From NCBI RefSeq assembly GCF_006345805.1, contig NC_043008.1:43958001-44022000 (forward strand): DNA of 64,000 bases. Direction: 5' to 3'. This stretch comes from Octopus sinensis (Eukaryota). The translations under genes and the position numbers were made by a program. Under the pieces are notes generated by a model. It was given only the letters and a program-made list of their open reading frames with translations. It was not told the DNA's origin and searched no databases. Positions 1 to 10,479 of this stretch are shown here, in pieces (position 1 is the first letter of the stretch; each line of letters starts with the position of its first letter).

Positions 1-1306
1 TCTAGAGAAGAAAAGAATATATGGCAACTTCAGACTGACTGATTTGTCCATGTGTGTGTGTGTGTGTGAAAGTGTGTGTGTGTGTGATGGCGAACAGAAG
101 AAGACAGTCAGAGGGAATGATAGCAAAGTGTTCAATCGATATACACATCGGTAACCATATTTTTCAAATTATGTTCTCAAGGCATACCGTAATTAGGAAT
201 ATATTATCTAGAATGTTACTTTTTATGAGGTTAGATTGTGGTTTCATGCGGAATTGGATGCTGTTGGTGGCGGGTCACATGTAGGCGCCAAATTAGCTAA
301 CGATACGCAAGGTGGCCTAAGGCTCTCTTCTTAAGCGGCAGTGTTCACATGAGCCTCTCTCGCTCGGTGCATGTGTGTGTGTGTGTTTGTCTATGTGTGT
401 GAGTTTGTCTGTGTGTGTGAGCTTGTATGTGTGTGTGAGTTTGTCTCTGTGAGTGTGTTTGTCTGTGTGTGTAGGTATAATCGAGTGCTTGTGAGGTAAG
501 TGATAATGAAAGATAGAGAGAAAGTGAGAAAGATATATTATTGATTTAGTGTTAGTAAAACTAATAAAAAACCTGGCACGAATTGGCAATATTGTCTATG
601 CTTTACAGGAACGGAGGAAACATGAGATTTATTCACAGAATTAAACATTTAGAGTATCATGAATATATTTAATAATAAATTAATAACTCAGCGGTATATG
701 TTAGCAGGGAAATAGCGGCTAAATAAACAGGAGGAAATTGTTATAAATACACTCTTAGAACTGGCAATGGATTTTAAAATACTGTTATGTATAAATAAAT
801 AACATTATTTGCGTTGCTATGATGCTCCAATAATTATTACGAACGATCACGGATATTATTAATCTCGTTCGGTTGAATAGATATTGATAGACGGAGAACA
901 TACTTTTACTTGTAAATCAACAGAAAATTTTACTATATCCGTGAATAATATATTTCGGTCACGCTTGTTAAGGAAGACATTCCGTTATGTCCGCGACAAA
1001 CGCTTACAGCCCACGCCTGACGCCTACGTCTTTTTATTCGTCCGATGATGTTATGTTAGTACACAGTCGAACAGGATAAAGGTAATATACGTAGGCGTCA
1101 ACATAGTACAAACTGTGATAGTTCAGTAAGGAAAACAATTATATTTTCATGAATGAATTCATCAGAACAACGATTGGTCTCATTCGTTATTGCTATAGGT
1201 GTAGTCTTAATTAATTAATATTGCTTAATTTAGACAGTCATACTTACATACAAATATATGTATATATATATATATATATGTATGTATATATGTATGTATA
1301 TATGTA

Positions 1307-1358
<52 letters not shown>

Positions 1359-1995
1359 GACACACACATATATATCTTGTATTTTTTTATTCACTCGTTG
1401 GAATATGGCTGTGCTGGAGCAACACCCTAAAGTGTTTGGTCACACAAATCGACCCTGGAATTCATTTTTAAACCATATACTTATTCCATCGGGTACTCTT
1501 TGCCGAACGGATAAGTTACAGTGATGTAAACAAACCAACATCTTTGGTCAAACGATGGTGCTGTCGAACACAAGCACACACACTCATAAGTATTTACTCA
1601 TTTGTGTATACAGATATACATATATATATATACATATACCATCAATCTATCTATCTATCTAACTACACATACATATCCATGCATTGATGTATACATATAT
1701 TTTATTATTTATAAACACACACACATACATTGGCAGCAACAACAAAAATAACAACAACAAACACACACGCACACAAATAAACATATTTGCACAAAAGGGC
1801 TTCTTTCAGTTTCTGCTTACCATATTGACACACAAGAATTTGCTTGCCTCGGGACGAGGGAGGGAACACTTGCCCGAGGTGCCGCCTACTGAGATGCGAT
1901 ACTTTCTCTACTTGTTCTGGTATGTGTGTACCTGTATTTATGTATGAATGTATGTATGTATGTATGTATGTATGTATGTATGTATGTATCTATCT

Positions 1996-2055
<60 letters not shown>

Positions 2056-2149
2056 ATGTATATATGTGTATATGTATATACAGGTACACGTACCTTTTAT
2101 CTTTATTGTTTCAGTATATGCATATATATATACGTACCTTTTATACGTC

Positions 2150-2276
2150 GGTCTGCAAAATTTCAACCCCTCCTCCACGGGGTGCAGACTGGGCAACGCG
2201 AGCACAGCAAGCCAGCTGTGCACACGGGGCTATGACAGTCATCAAGTCCTCAACGGTGGAACAGGCGGATGAAGTT
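2150..2276 (+). ncRNA. HDV-like (double-pseudoknot) self-cleaving ribozyme fold at RTE 5' end
   Basis: P1 GGTCTGC 2150-56 / GCAGACT 2184-90 (G.U at site); P2 AATTTCA 2159-65 / TGAAGTT 2270-76; P3 ACCCC 2166-70 / GGGGT 2179-83; L3 TCCTCCAC; P1.1 CC/GG then GCAAC; P4 hairpin GCACAGC/GCTGTGC 2202-21; J4/2 GGCGGA 2264-69. Confidence 0.7.
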
Positions 2277-2786
2277 GCCTTAACAACTCAACGGCTGTGA
2301 AGGCGGACGAAGGCTGCAGCAGACCATCGACTCCAATCGTCTCGGTTTACCTTGCCATTGGGTCAAGTTGGTGGTCTGTCAAGTTTACGTGTGCTTTACT
2401 GGGCGTGCGATCACAAGCACACGTTAAAACATTTCACGCACAGGCGTCTTCGCCACCACTCTTCTTATTCTTTCCAAGTCTTTCGCCGATCGGCGATGGA
2501 TGACGGGAGCAGGCTCGTGAAGGCTGGAGGCTCCTAGTGCAGAACCGGCACGGATGCAGTGGTTACATGATTCAGTCGCTCTATCTTTCGGAAGAAGCAG
2601 GGAAGATGTTTGGCAGCAGTATCCACGACTGAGCAGCCCTGTTTAGGATCCACTCTGCTCACCCTGAATTGGGAAGGGGCTAGAAAAGGTGACCTAAACA
2701 TAGTCTGCTTCACCCCAATCCTCTCTGGAAAACCGCGTCCAGAGGGATCACCATCATGCGATCGAAAGTCAAGATCAAGATACGCA

Positions 2787-5175
2787 ACGCTGAAATTCGG
2801 GACCTGGAATGTCAGGACTCTCATAGATAACACCAACTCAGACGGACCCGAAAGGCGAACTGCAATCATCGCCCGGGAACTCCATCGATTCAATTTTGAC
2901 ATCGTAGCTCTCACTGAAACCCGGAGAGCCGGAGAAGGCCGGCTGAGAGAAGAAGGCGGTCAATACACCTTTTTCTGGAAAGGAAGGTTACAATCCCGAC
3001 CATCAACGGATCCATGGTGTGGTTTTTGCAATACGAAACACCATTCTATCCAAACTGACAGGGCAGCCCATCGGAATGTCCGCACGATCATGACCCTCCG
3101 AATCCAGCTTGTCAAAAGTCAGCACGCAACTATCATCAGCGGAGGATTTAGTCAGGGAAGAGTTTTACAGCCAGCTTGATAGCATTCTCTCTACCGTCCC
3201 AAAGGACGAGAAGATCATTCTCCTGGGATATTTCAACGCCAGAGTTGGGAGAGATCGTGAACTCTGGACAGGAACCATCGGAAAGGAAGGAGTGGGAAAA
3301 GTCAATGCCAATGGAACTCTGCTACTCACTAAATGTGCTGAACATAACCTGCTGATAACCAACACCCTTTTTCGCCAGAATAATCGATATAAGGTCTCAT
3401 GGCAGCATCCAAGATAAAAAAAATGACATCTCATCGACTATATCATCGTGAGATCCCGAGACCAGCAAGATGTGTTGCTCACCAGAGCCGCCACTGGAGC
3501 AGATGAGTGTTGGACAGATCATCGCCTCATCGCCTCCACCATGAAAATCAAACTCCGACCAAAAGTGAAAGACGGAGCGACCATCCTGAAAAGCAACACT
3601 GAAATAGGAGACAGATGGAGAGAACACTTCGATGACCTCCTCAGTCACAAGGCTACCATCGACAAAAGCATACTTGACATGGTTCCTAAAGAGGCCAAAG
3701 ATTATTCTCTCGCTCGAATCCTGAACAACCGCCTCAAAACGCTGTCAGAGAGGATCCTTCCTGAGACGCAGACCGGCTTTAGGCCATCACGAAGCACAAC
3801 CGACATGATCTTCACGCTGCGACAGCTACAAGAAAAATGTCGTGAGCAACACCAACCGCTCTATTTGGCCTTTATCGACCTATCCAAAGCCTTTGATCGT
3901 GTCTCGCGAGGGCTCCTCTGGGATATTCTCGCCCAGTATGGATGCCCAGATAAGTTCATCCGGATCTTCAAACTCCTCCACGACAATATGCACGCCAGAG
4001 TCCAGACCGACAGAGGCAGTCCTGAGCCCTTTAAAGTCACCTCCGGAGTGAAGCGAGACTGCGTGATAGTGCCAACTCTCTTTACCATCTTTATCGCGAC
4101 AGTGTTGCACATCATACGAGATGACCTTCCACCTAGCATCGAGATCTCGTACAGAATGGACGGCAAGCTTTTCAACCTCGCTCGCCTCAAAGGTACGTCA
4201 AAGACAAAGGCGCAAAGCTTGCTAGAGTTCCAATATGCCGACGACAACAGTGTAGCAGCTTACAGAGAGGATCACCTCCAACAGATCCTAAATGCTTTTC
4301 ATCATGCACCTACTAAACTTGGACTGAGCATCAACATCAAGAAGACTCACTTACTCTACCAACCTCCTCCCAATGCACGTGTTGACAACCCGCCATCGAA
4401 TCAACTCGAAGGAATTCCACTGGAAAATGTGAACCATTTCTGCTACCTTGGGAGCCATCTGTCAGCAAAGGTAGACCTCAGCGATGAAATCCAACACCGT
4501 CTGAAGTGTGCAGGAACAGCTTTCGGCAAGCTTCGAACAAGAGGTTTTGCTGATCGGGACATCCGAACCGAAACCAAACTCATGGTGTACAGGGCAGTCA
4601 TTATTCCAACCCTCCTTTACGCATCCGAAACCCGGACCCCGTATAGTCACCACCTGAAAACGCTCGAGAAATTTCACCAACGCTGTCTTCGGAAGACCCT
4701 TAACATCAGCTGGGAAGACAGAAGAACAAACGTCAGCGTGCTACGAGAAGCAAAAATGACCAGCATCGAAGCCTATGTCATCAAAGGCCAACTAAGATGG
4801 AGCGGCCACGTGGTTAGAATGACTGACGAACGACTTCCCAAACAGATCTTCTACTCCCAACTCAAAGACGGCAAGCGCACAAAAGGAAGCCAGAAGAAAC
4901 GCTACAATGACTCCCTGAAAACGAACCTCAAAAAGTGTGACATCGACTGGGAGGAAACGGCAAAAAACAGACCACTCTGGAAAACCACCATCCATGAGGG
5001 AACGGCGACTTTCGAGTCGAAAAGGTCTGTAGAGCTGGAGGAGAAAAGACGACGACGGAAAGAGCGCCAACAACAACCACGTGTGACTCTCCCTTCCGGC
5101 ACTAGATGGCCGCACTGCGACCGATCTTTTCAAGCAAGAATTGGTCTTATCGGTCACCTACGGACTCACCAGTAA
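2787..5175 (+). pseudogene. Disrupted EN-RT ORF of the RTE element
   Basis: Split over ORFs 2610-3179, 3109-3417 and 3448-5175 by frameshifts and stops. Internal deletions are apparent, and the first Cys of the C-terminal CxxC is mutated (RWPHC). Confidence 0.9.
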
Positions 5176-5371
5176 ATTTGCGCGAAGACTATCATCCTCG
5201 ACCTTGAGGGATTGCCATGATGATTGTTTCAGTCATTGCTCTAAAATTGTTTTAAGCCTGAAACTTATTTCGTCAGACCCTTTTTGCCGAACGGCGAAGT
5301 TAGAGGCATGTAAAAACAGTAGAAAAAGCAGCAGCACAGTATATAATTAATTGCTTTCGTCTATTTTGAGA

Positions 5372-5715
5372 TCTCATTATATGAAATTGCAGTTTAACCA
5401 AAACCGGGTATCTTATAGTCGTGATTCATATCGAGCTCTTCTGGGTATTAGCGCGCGTCTACGATGAGTCTACGATTAAAAAAAAAAATTTCCATAATTT
5501 TTCCGTATTTTTAATGCATTTTCGCTCGGTTTATATAAGGGAAGTAACTCTCTAAAAACGTATTATTGAATCTCAGAACGTAAAAAGCTACAGTAACACC
5601 CCCCACCCCCTTTGTGGTTAGCCATATTGAGATGGCTATTATACTTTACATCTCTAAAAATGCTTATATAGCTATTTCCCTTACAAACCCGAGCAACGCC
5701 GGGCGATACTGCTAG
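5372..5715 (+). mobile_element. Non-autonomous Helitron
   Basis: 3' GC-rich hairpin CCCGAGCAACGCCGGG (5688-5703) followed 8 nt later by CTAG|T. A plausible 5' A|TC at 5372; the 5' boundary is less certain. Confidence 0.6.
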
Positions 5716-5902
5716 TCTTCTTATAATACAAGATACAAAATTCTATGCAATAAAATATTTACGATTAACGTCTTCCAGTCTTTTACTAAAAGTTTGGCTG
5801 TTTTACATGAAGGCAGCTGCTCATTATTGCTATCGTTAAAATTTACGTAACTTTGACATATACCTTTAACATAATAATGTATGTGCAAATATGTTTGCAC
5901 AT

Positions 5903-6055
5903 ACATTATTTACATTATTTAAATTTGACGGATATTTGTCCTCATCTTGTTTGTTGTTAACACAACGTTTCGGCTGATATACCGTCCTGCCTTCTTCAGG
6001 AAATTTCGAACTTGGGGTTTCATTCCTAAGGAATTTTCCGATGTTGTTGTTATTA

Positions 6056-6087
<32 letters not shown>

Positions 6088-6180
6088 GTTAGTGTTCAGG
6101 CCACTGCTTCGACTCGAACACGGAATCTTGAGGTTAGTAGCCCGCGCTATTCACCACTACGCCATATGCCCCTGGGCATA
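5903..6180 (-). mobile_element. tRNA-headed SINE-like element with internal (AAT)n and 3' hammerhead motif, copy 1
   Basis: Minus strand: A box TGGCGTAGTGG (6164-54), B box GTTCGAGTC (6119-11), (AAT)n, linker, CTGAAGA-A-GGCAG..CAGCC-GAAACGTT-GTGTT, then a tail of (T)AAATAATG repeats. Confidence 0.7.
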
Positions 6181-7135
6181 TAGAACTGTATGTTTGCACA
6201 TGTTCTTTGTTAATTTTTGCTGCAAATCCTCTGCACATCGTTGTTTTGGATTATAAATTTATTATTGGTTATTCTGCGTAAGAATGAATCCTTGGAGTAA
6301 TGTCAATTAAAATTGCTGAGCAACAAATAGAACCCCGTTGCTTGATCCCTTGCTCGGAAAATACTTCAGTGCAATACTTACTGTCTGCTCTTTAGTAACG
6401 TGGGGTGAAGGCCACATGGTGAATGTGAGGTCATGTGGATTGAGCTGTTGTAAATATGAAGCAACTTCATCCATTAATATACTTTCTGTTATAGGCACAA
6501 GGCCGGAAATTTGGAGAAAAGGGCCTAGTCGATAACGTGGCACTTATTTTATCGATCAAGAAAGGATGAAAAGCAAGGTCGGCCACAACGGTATATGAGC
6601 TAAGAACACAAACACCGACAAAATAAGTACTGATTAAGCTCTGGGATCGATGCAATCAACTATTCTGTACCGCCTGAGCCTACTTTTGGGGTCTTGGGCC
6701 TACATCACAGATAAAGCATAATTTCCCTAAACAAGGTAACGCGCTCCTGGAATCAGTAGCAAAATGGTTAAATATTTTAGCAGAGTTTCTTTCGCCACTT
6801 TCAGAGTTAAAATTTCGCTGAAATCAATACTGTTTCCATCTTTTCGGGATTGATAAATAAATATCGGCTGAACACTACGATTGATGCAATCAACAATACC
6901 CCTGCAACCATAATTTCGGGCCTTGGGCCTGTATTACGGAAGAATTATGGTTTCTCTACATAAAGAATCGACCTGGTAGAATTACTAGCAAGTTGAACAA
7001 AATGGTTAGCACCATTTCTCGAAAGAATGAAAGCACAGTCGACCATTGTGGGATTCGAACCCAGGATGCAAAGACTAGCGATTCTACCAGCTCACTGCTT
7101 TATAACTCAATTGCAGTATATTAGTATGGAAATAA

Positions 7136-7718
7136 AGCGGCAAGCTTGCAGAATCGTTACAGCGTCGGGAAAATTGCTTAGTGGCATTTCGTCAGGCTTT
7201 ACGTTCGGAGTTCGAATTCTGCCGAAGTCGACTTTGCCTTTCATATTTTCGGGGTCGATAAATTAAGTACCACTAACACACTGGGGTCGATATAATCGAC
7301 TTGATACCTATGTCTGTCCTTGTTTGTCCCCTCTATGTTTATCTCCTTGTGGGTAAGAAAGAAATAGGTATTTCGCCTGGCTTTACGTTCGGAGTTCAAA
7401 TTCCGCCGAAGTCGACTTTGCCTTTCATACTTTCGGGGTCGATTAAATAAGTACCAGTTACGCACCTGGGGGTCGATATAATCGACTTAATCCATTTGTC
7501 TGTCCTTGTTTGTCCCTTCGGTGTTTAGCCCCTTGTGGGTAATAAAGAAATAGGTATTTCGTCCGGCTTTACGTTCGGAGTTCAAATTCCTCCGAAGTCG
7601 GATTTACTTTTCATTCGTTCAGGGTCGATAGAATAATTACCAGTCGAGTACTAGGATTCATACCCTCGATTTAACCCTCCTCGGAAATCGCTGGCATTGT
7701 GCCGAACTTTTAAACAAA
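7136..7718 (+). mobile_element. Head-to-tail trimer of Meta-type tRNA SINE (OK-like)
   Basis: Three units with GACTTTGCCTTTCAT..TTTCGGGGTCGAT..AAGTACC; junctions AAAGAAATA|GGTATTTCG at 7366/7 and 7552/3. Confidence 0.85.
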
Positions 7719-8263
7719 CCTATTCGTAAGTAAATAGTAGCAAAGAGGTATTTATTAGATACATTGTCATAACTTTGAATAGAATTAAAAATTGCGTTAT
7801 TTCGCTTGGCATCTGTCTGTTAGTAACTGCAGTTATTTAAATGGAGGCAATACTGGGGCACCGCTTTGAAGGGAAGTAGTTGAAGAAATCAACTGATGTA
7901 TATTTCAATTCTATCGGCACTTATTGTATCGGCATCTTTGTCGAACAGCTAAATTACAGCGATGTAAGCAAACCATCACCGGTTTTCAAGGGTGGGTACA
8001 AAATACAGACACAAAGACACAAATATTCTCGCACGTACAGAAAACACGCACGCGCAAACACACACACACACGCATGCACACACAGACTCACTCGCACACA
8101 CGCGCACATATATACGTGGGTCTTTCCGTCCGTCAAATTTACTCACAACGCATTGGTCGGTCTGGGGCGGTAGTAGAAGATACCAGTCCTGCAATGGGAC
8201 TGAACGTGAGACAATGTGATTACAACGCGAGTTTCATTACCACGCATTCATCATACGCCTATA

Positions 8264-8677
8264 TACTCTTTTACTCTTTTACTTGTTTCAGTCATTTGAC
8301 TGTGGCCATGCTGGAGCACCGCCTTTAGTCGGGGAAATCGACTCCAGGACTTATTCTTTGTAAGCCTAGTACTTATTCTATCGGTCTCTTTTGCCGAACC
8401 GCTAGATGAAGGGGACATAAACACACCAGCATCGGTTGTCAAGCGATGTGGGGGGGGGGGCAAACACAGATACACAAACATATACACACACATGCATATA
8501 TACTTACATATACATATATACGACGGACTTCTTTCGGTTTCCGTCTACCAAATCCACTCACAAGTCTTTGGTTGGCCCGAGGCTATAGTAGAAGATATCT
8601 GCCCAAGTTGCCACGCAGTGGGACTGAACCCGGAATCATGTGGTTGGTAAGCAAGCTACTTACCACACAGCCACTCC
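8264..8677 (-). mobile_element. CORE-type tRNA SINE (OR1-like) with internal microsatellite
   Basis: Minus: GTGGCTGTGTGGTAAGTAGC..GGTTCAGTCCC head, GGCAACTTGGGCA CORE-like box, internal (TA/TG)n, tail TGACTGAAACAAGTAAAAGAGTAAAAGAG. Related copies at ~1380-1600, 13090-13190, 14925-15110, 15505-15730, 16775-17150, 28660-29050, 30110-30260, 44530-44640, 53330-53520, 55190-55340, 56620-56810. Confidence 0.85.
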
Positions 8678-9380
8678 TGCGCATATGTGAAAAAAATATA
8701 AATACTTTTTTCCCCATAATGCTCCAATAGTTATTACGAACGATCACGGATATGGCTAATCTAATTCGGTTAAATAGCGCTTGATAGATTAGAAAATGAT
8801 TTGACTAGTATCGGGATTAAAAATCATTATTTTAATAGCCATTAATGACGTATTTCTGTAATAGCTGTTAGCGGAACCATTCCATGGTGACCGCAGCCAA
8901 CGCTGTCAGCCAACTCTTTGCACCTACGTTTATACTTCCTTCCTGTAATGCTATATATATCACCTGAAGCCGATCGCCCACAGTTCAATTTTGTTAGTAA
9001 TTATCTTTTGATCTGTAATACTTCTAAACGATTAGTATCATTACTATAGGGGCAATTTTTATTAATTAAAATTTCCTGGTCTAACACTTCCGATTATTGA
9101 AAAGGCCTCACACACACACACACAAACACACACAATCACACATATACTACAGGAATAAAAATATTAAATACATGTTGCCTAAAACAAGAGAAAAAAATTT
9201 AATTTCGCTAATTGCTGTTTTTAGCAATTTTAATTATGCAACAATTGCCGCAGCGACAATAAGTTGTCAGTCAATAGTTTAAGGGATTAATCGAACGCAT
9301 TTGGTCAGCTTTTATAATCTTCAAATTGAAAATAATGGATGGATGCATAAACAATTATAGGGATATTTTCTATAATACAG

Positions 9381-9496
9381 GTGGAGCTACTGTATACCCA
9401 CAGGAAAATACACAAGTTTATGAAGGTTGGATCTATTTCACCATATCCCTGACAAGGGTGGTTGAATGGCAACCATTAAATGCGAACGGCACGGTT
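9381..9496 (+). CDS. Candidate internal exon of an unidentified host gene
   Basis: Acceptor ttttctataatacag|, donor |gtaagt, open frame (G)GATVYPQENTQVYEGWIYFTISLTRVVEWQPLNANGTV in non-repetitive sequence. No partner exons or homology established. Confidence 0.4.
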
Positions 9497-9629
9497 GTAA
9501 GTCCTTGGAGTATTTATGAAATACTCGCGTGCAATGTGGTTGCGAAGGAAACTTCTCAACCGTACAGCCATACCTGCCCCTTATAATCCGTATTTGGTAT
9601 AGAAATAATGAATTAATTAATATTCTTTT

Positions 9630-10020
9630 CTATTCTAGTCACAAGGCCCAAAATTTGGGAGGAGGGAGCCATTTGATTAGATCGACCCCAGTATGCAACT
9701 GTCAGGGCGCAAGGCCCGAATGATTTTGGGGAGAGGGGCAGTCGATTATATCGACTCCAGTATGCAACTGTTATTTAATTTATCGACCCCGAAAGGATGG
9801 AAGGCAAAGTCGTCCACGGTGAAATTTGAACTGAGAACGTAAAGACAGACGAATAAATAAATTGATATTCTATTCTACTCTAGGCACAATGCCCAAATTT
9901 TGGGGGAGGGGGGCCAATCGATTAGATGGAGTGCTCAGCCACTTTCACGTTAATTTCAAGAGCAGGCAGTTCCGTTGATCAGATCAACTTGAACCATCGT
10001 CGTCGTAACCGACGGAGTAC
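9630..10020 (-). mobile_element. Cluster of Meta-type SINE pieces plus OR2-like SINE 3' fragment
   Basis: Reverse-complement Meta body, duplicated GATTA.ATCGAC.CCAGTATGCAACTG segment, and a CGTCGTCGTAACCGACGGAGT end shared with 25649-25930. Confidence 0.75.
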
Positions 10021-10431
10021 CTTAGTATATTCAATAATAAATTAGCCGCTGAGACGAATGATGATGGCAGGAAACAAGCAGTTAGAAAACAGTTAGGAAA
10101 TTATTAAATACATTTTCACAAACTGGAATGGGATTTCAAAATCCTGTTATGTATAAATAAATAACATCATTCATCAGTCGAACAGATATTGGTAGATGAG
10201 GAAATATGCTCACTTAAGAGTTGAATTCAAAGTCTTACTACATCTATCAATCCTGTATTTCCGTCACGCTTGTTAGCAGAATCACTCTGCTGTATCCGTA
10301 ACTTAATGCTCCCAGCCTACGCTTAACACCTACGTCTATTCTCGTCCGGTTGTGCTATAAATATATCTACTTATGAATGTCTGTGTGTGCATGGATGTAC
10401 GTATACATACAAACACACACACACACACATA

Positions 10432-10479
<48 letters not shown>

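Larger units (their letters stand above)
2150..5225 (+). mobile_element. RTE-clade non-LTR retrotransposon (LINE), 5'-complete but decayed
   Basis: About 640-nt GC-richer 5' UTR. APE endonuclease motifs (LKFGTWNVRTL, DIVALTETR, GYFNARVG, WQHPR, HLIDYIIV, TDHRLI) and RT motifs (QTGFR, FIDLSKAFDRV, QYADD, YLGS). C-terminal HCDRSFQARIGLIGHLRTH zinc-knuckle, then a short 3' UTR stem-loop and an (ATG)-type tail. Confidence 0.95.

Noticed and set aside
2534-5157. Antisense and alternative-frame ORFs overlapping the RTE
   Set aside because: Shadows of the GC-richer RT coding strand.
2105-5234. ATTGTTTCAGT at 2105-15 and 5224-34 as the RTE TSD
   Set aside because: The left copy is 34 nt from the inferred 5' end and the motif is part of a common SINE tail, so it cannot be supported.
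6100-6180. tRNA-like sequences (also 25649-, 39140-39210, 52620-52691, 57370-57460)
   Set aside because: They have A/B boxes but no complete acceptor stem and are fused to SINE bodies, so they are SINE heads, not tRNA genes.
6338-6430. Signal-peptide-like stretch followed by His (KYFSAILTVCSLVTWGEG-H), suggestive of an LPMO N-terminus
   Set aside because: No in-frame ATG (stop at 6317), no convincing acceptor and no downstream LPMO motifs.
7136-7718. Regularly spaced repeats resembling a CRISPR-like array
   Set aside because: The units are about 190-230-bp SINE bodies without unique spacers, in eukaryotic DNA.
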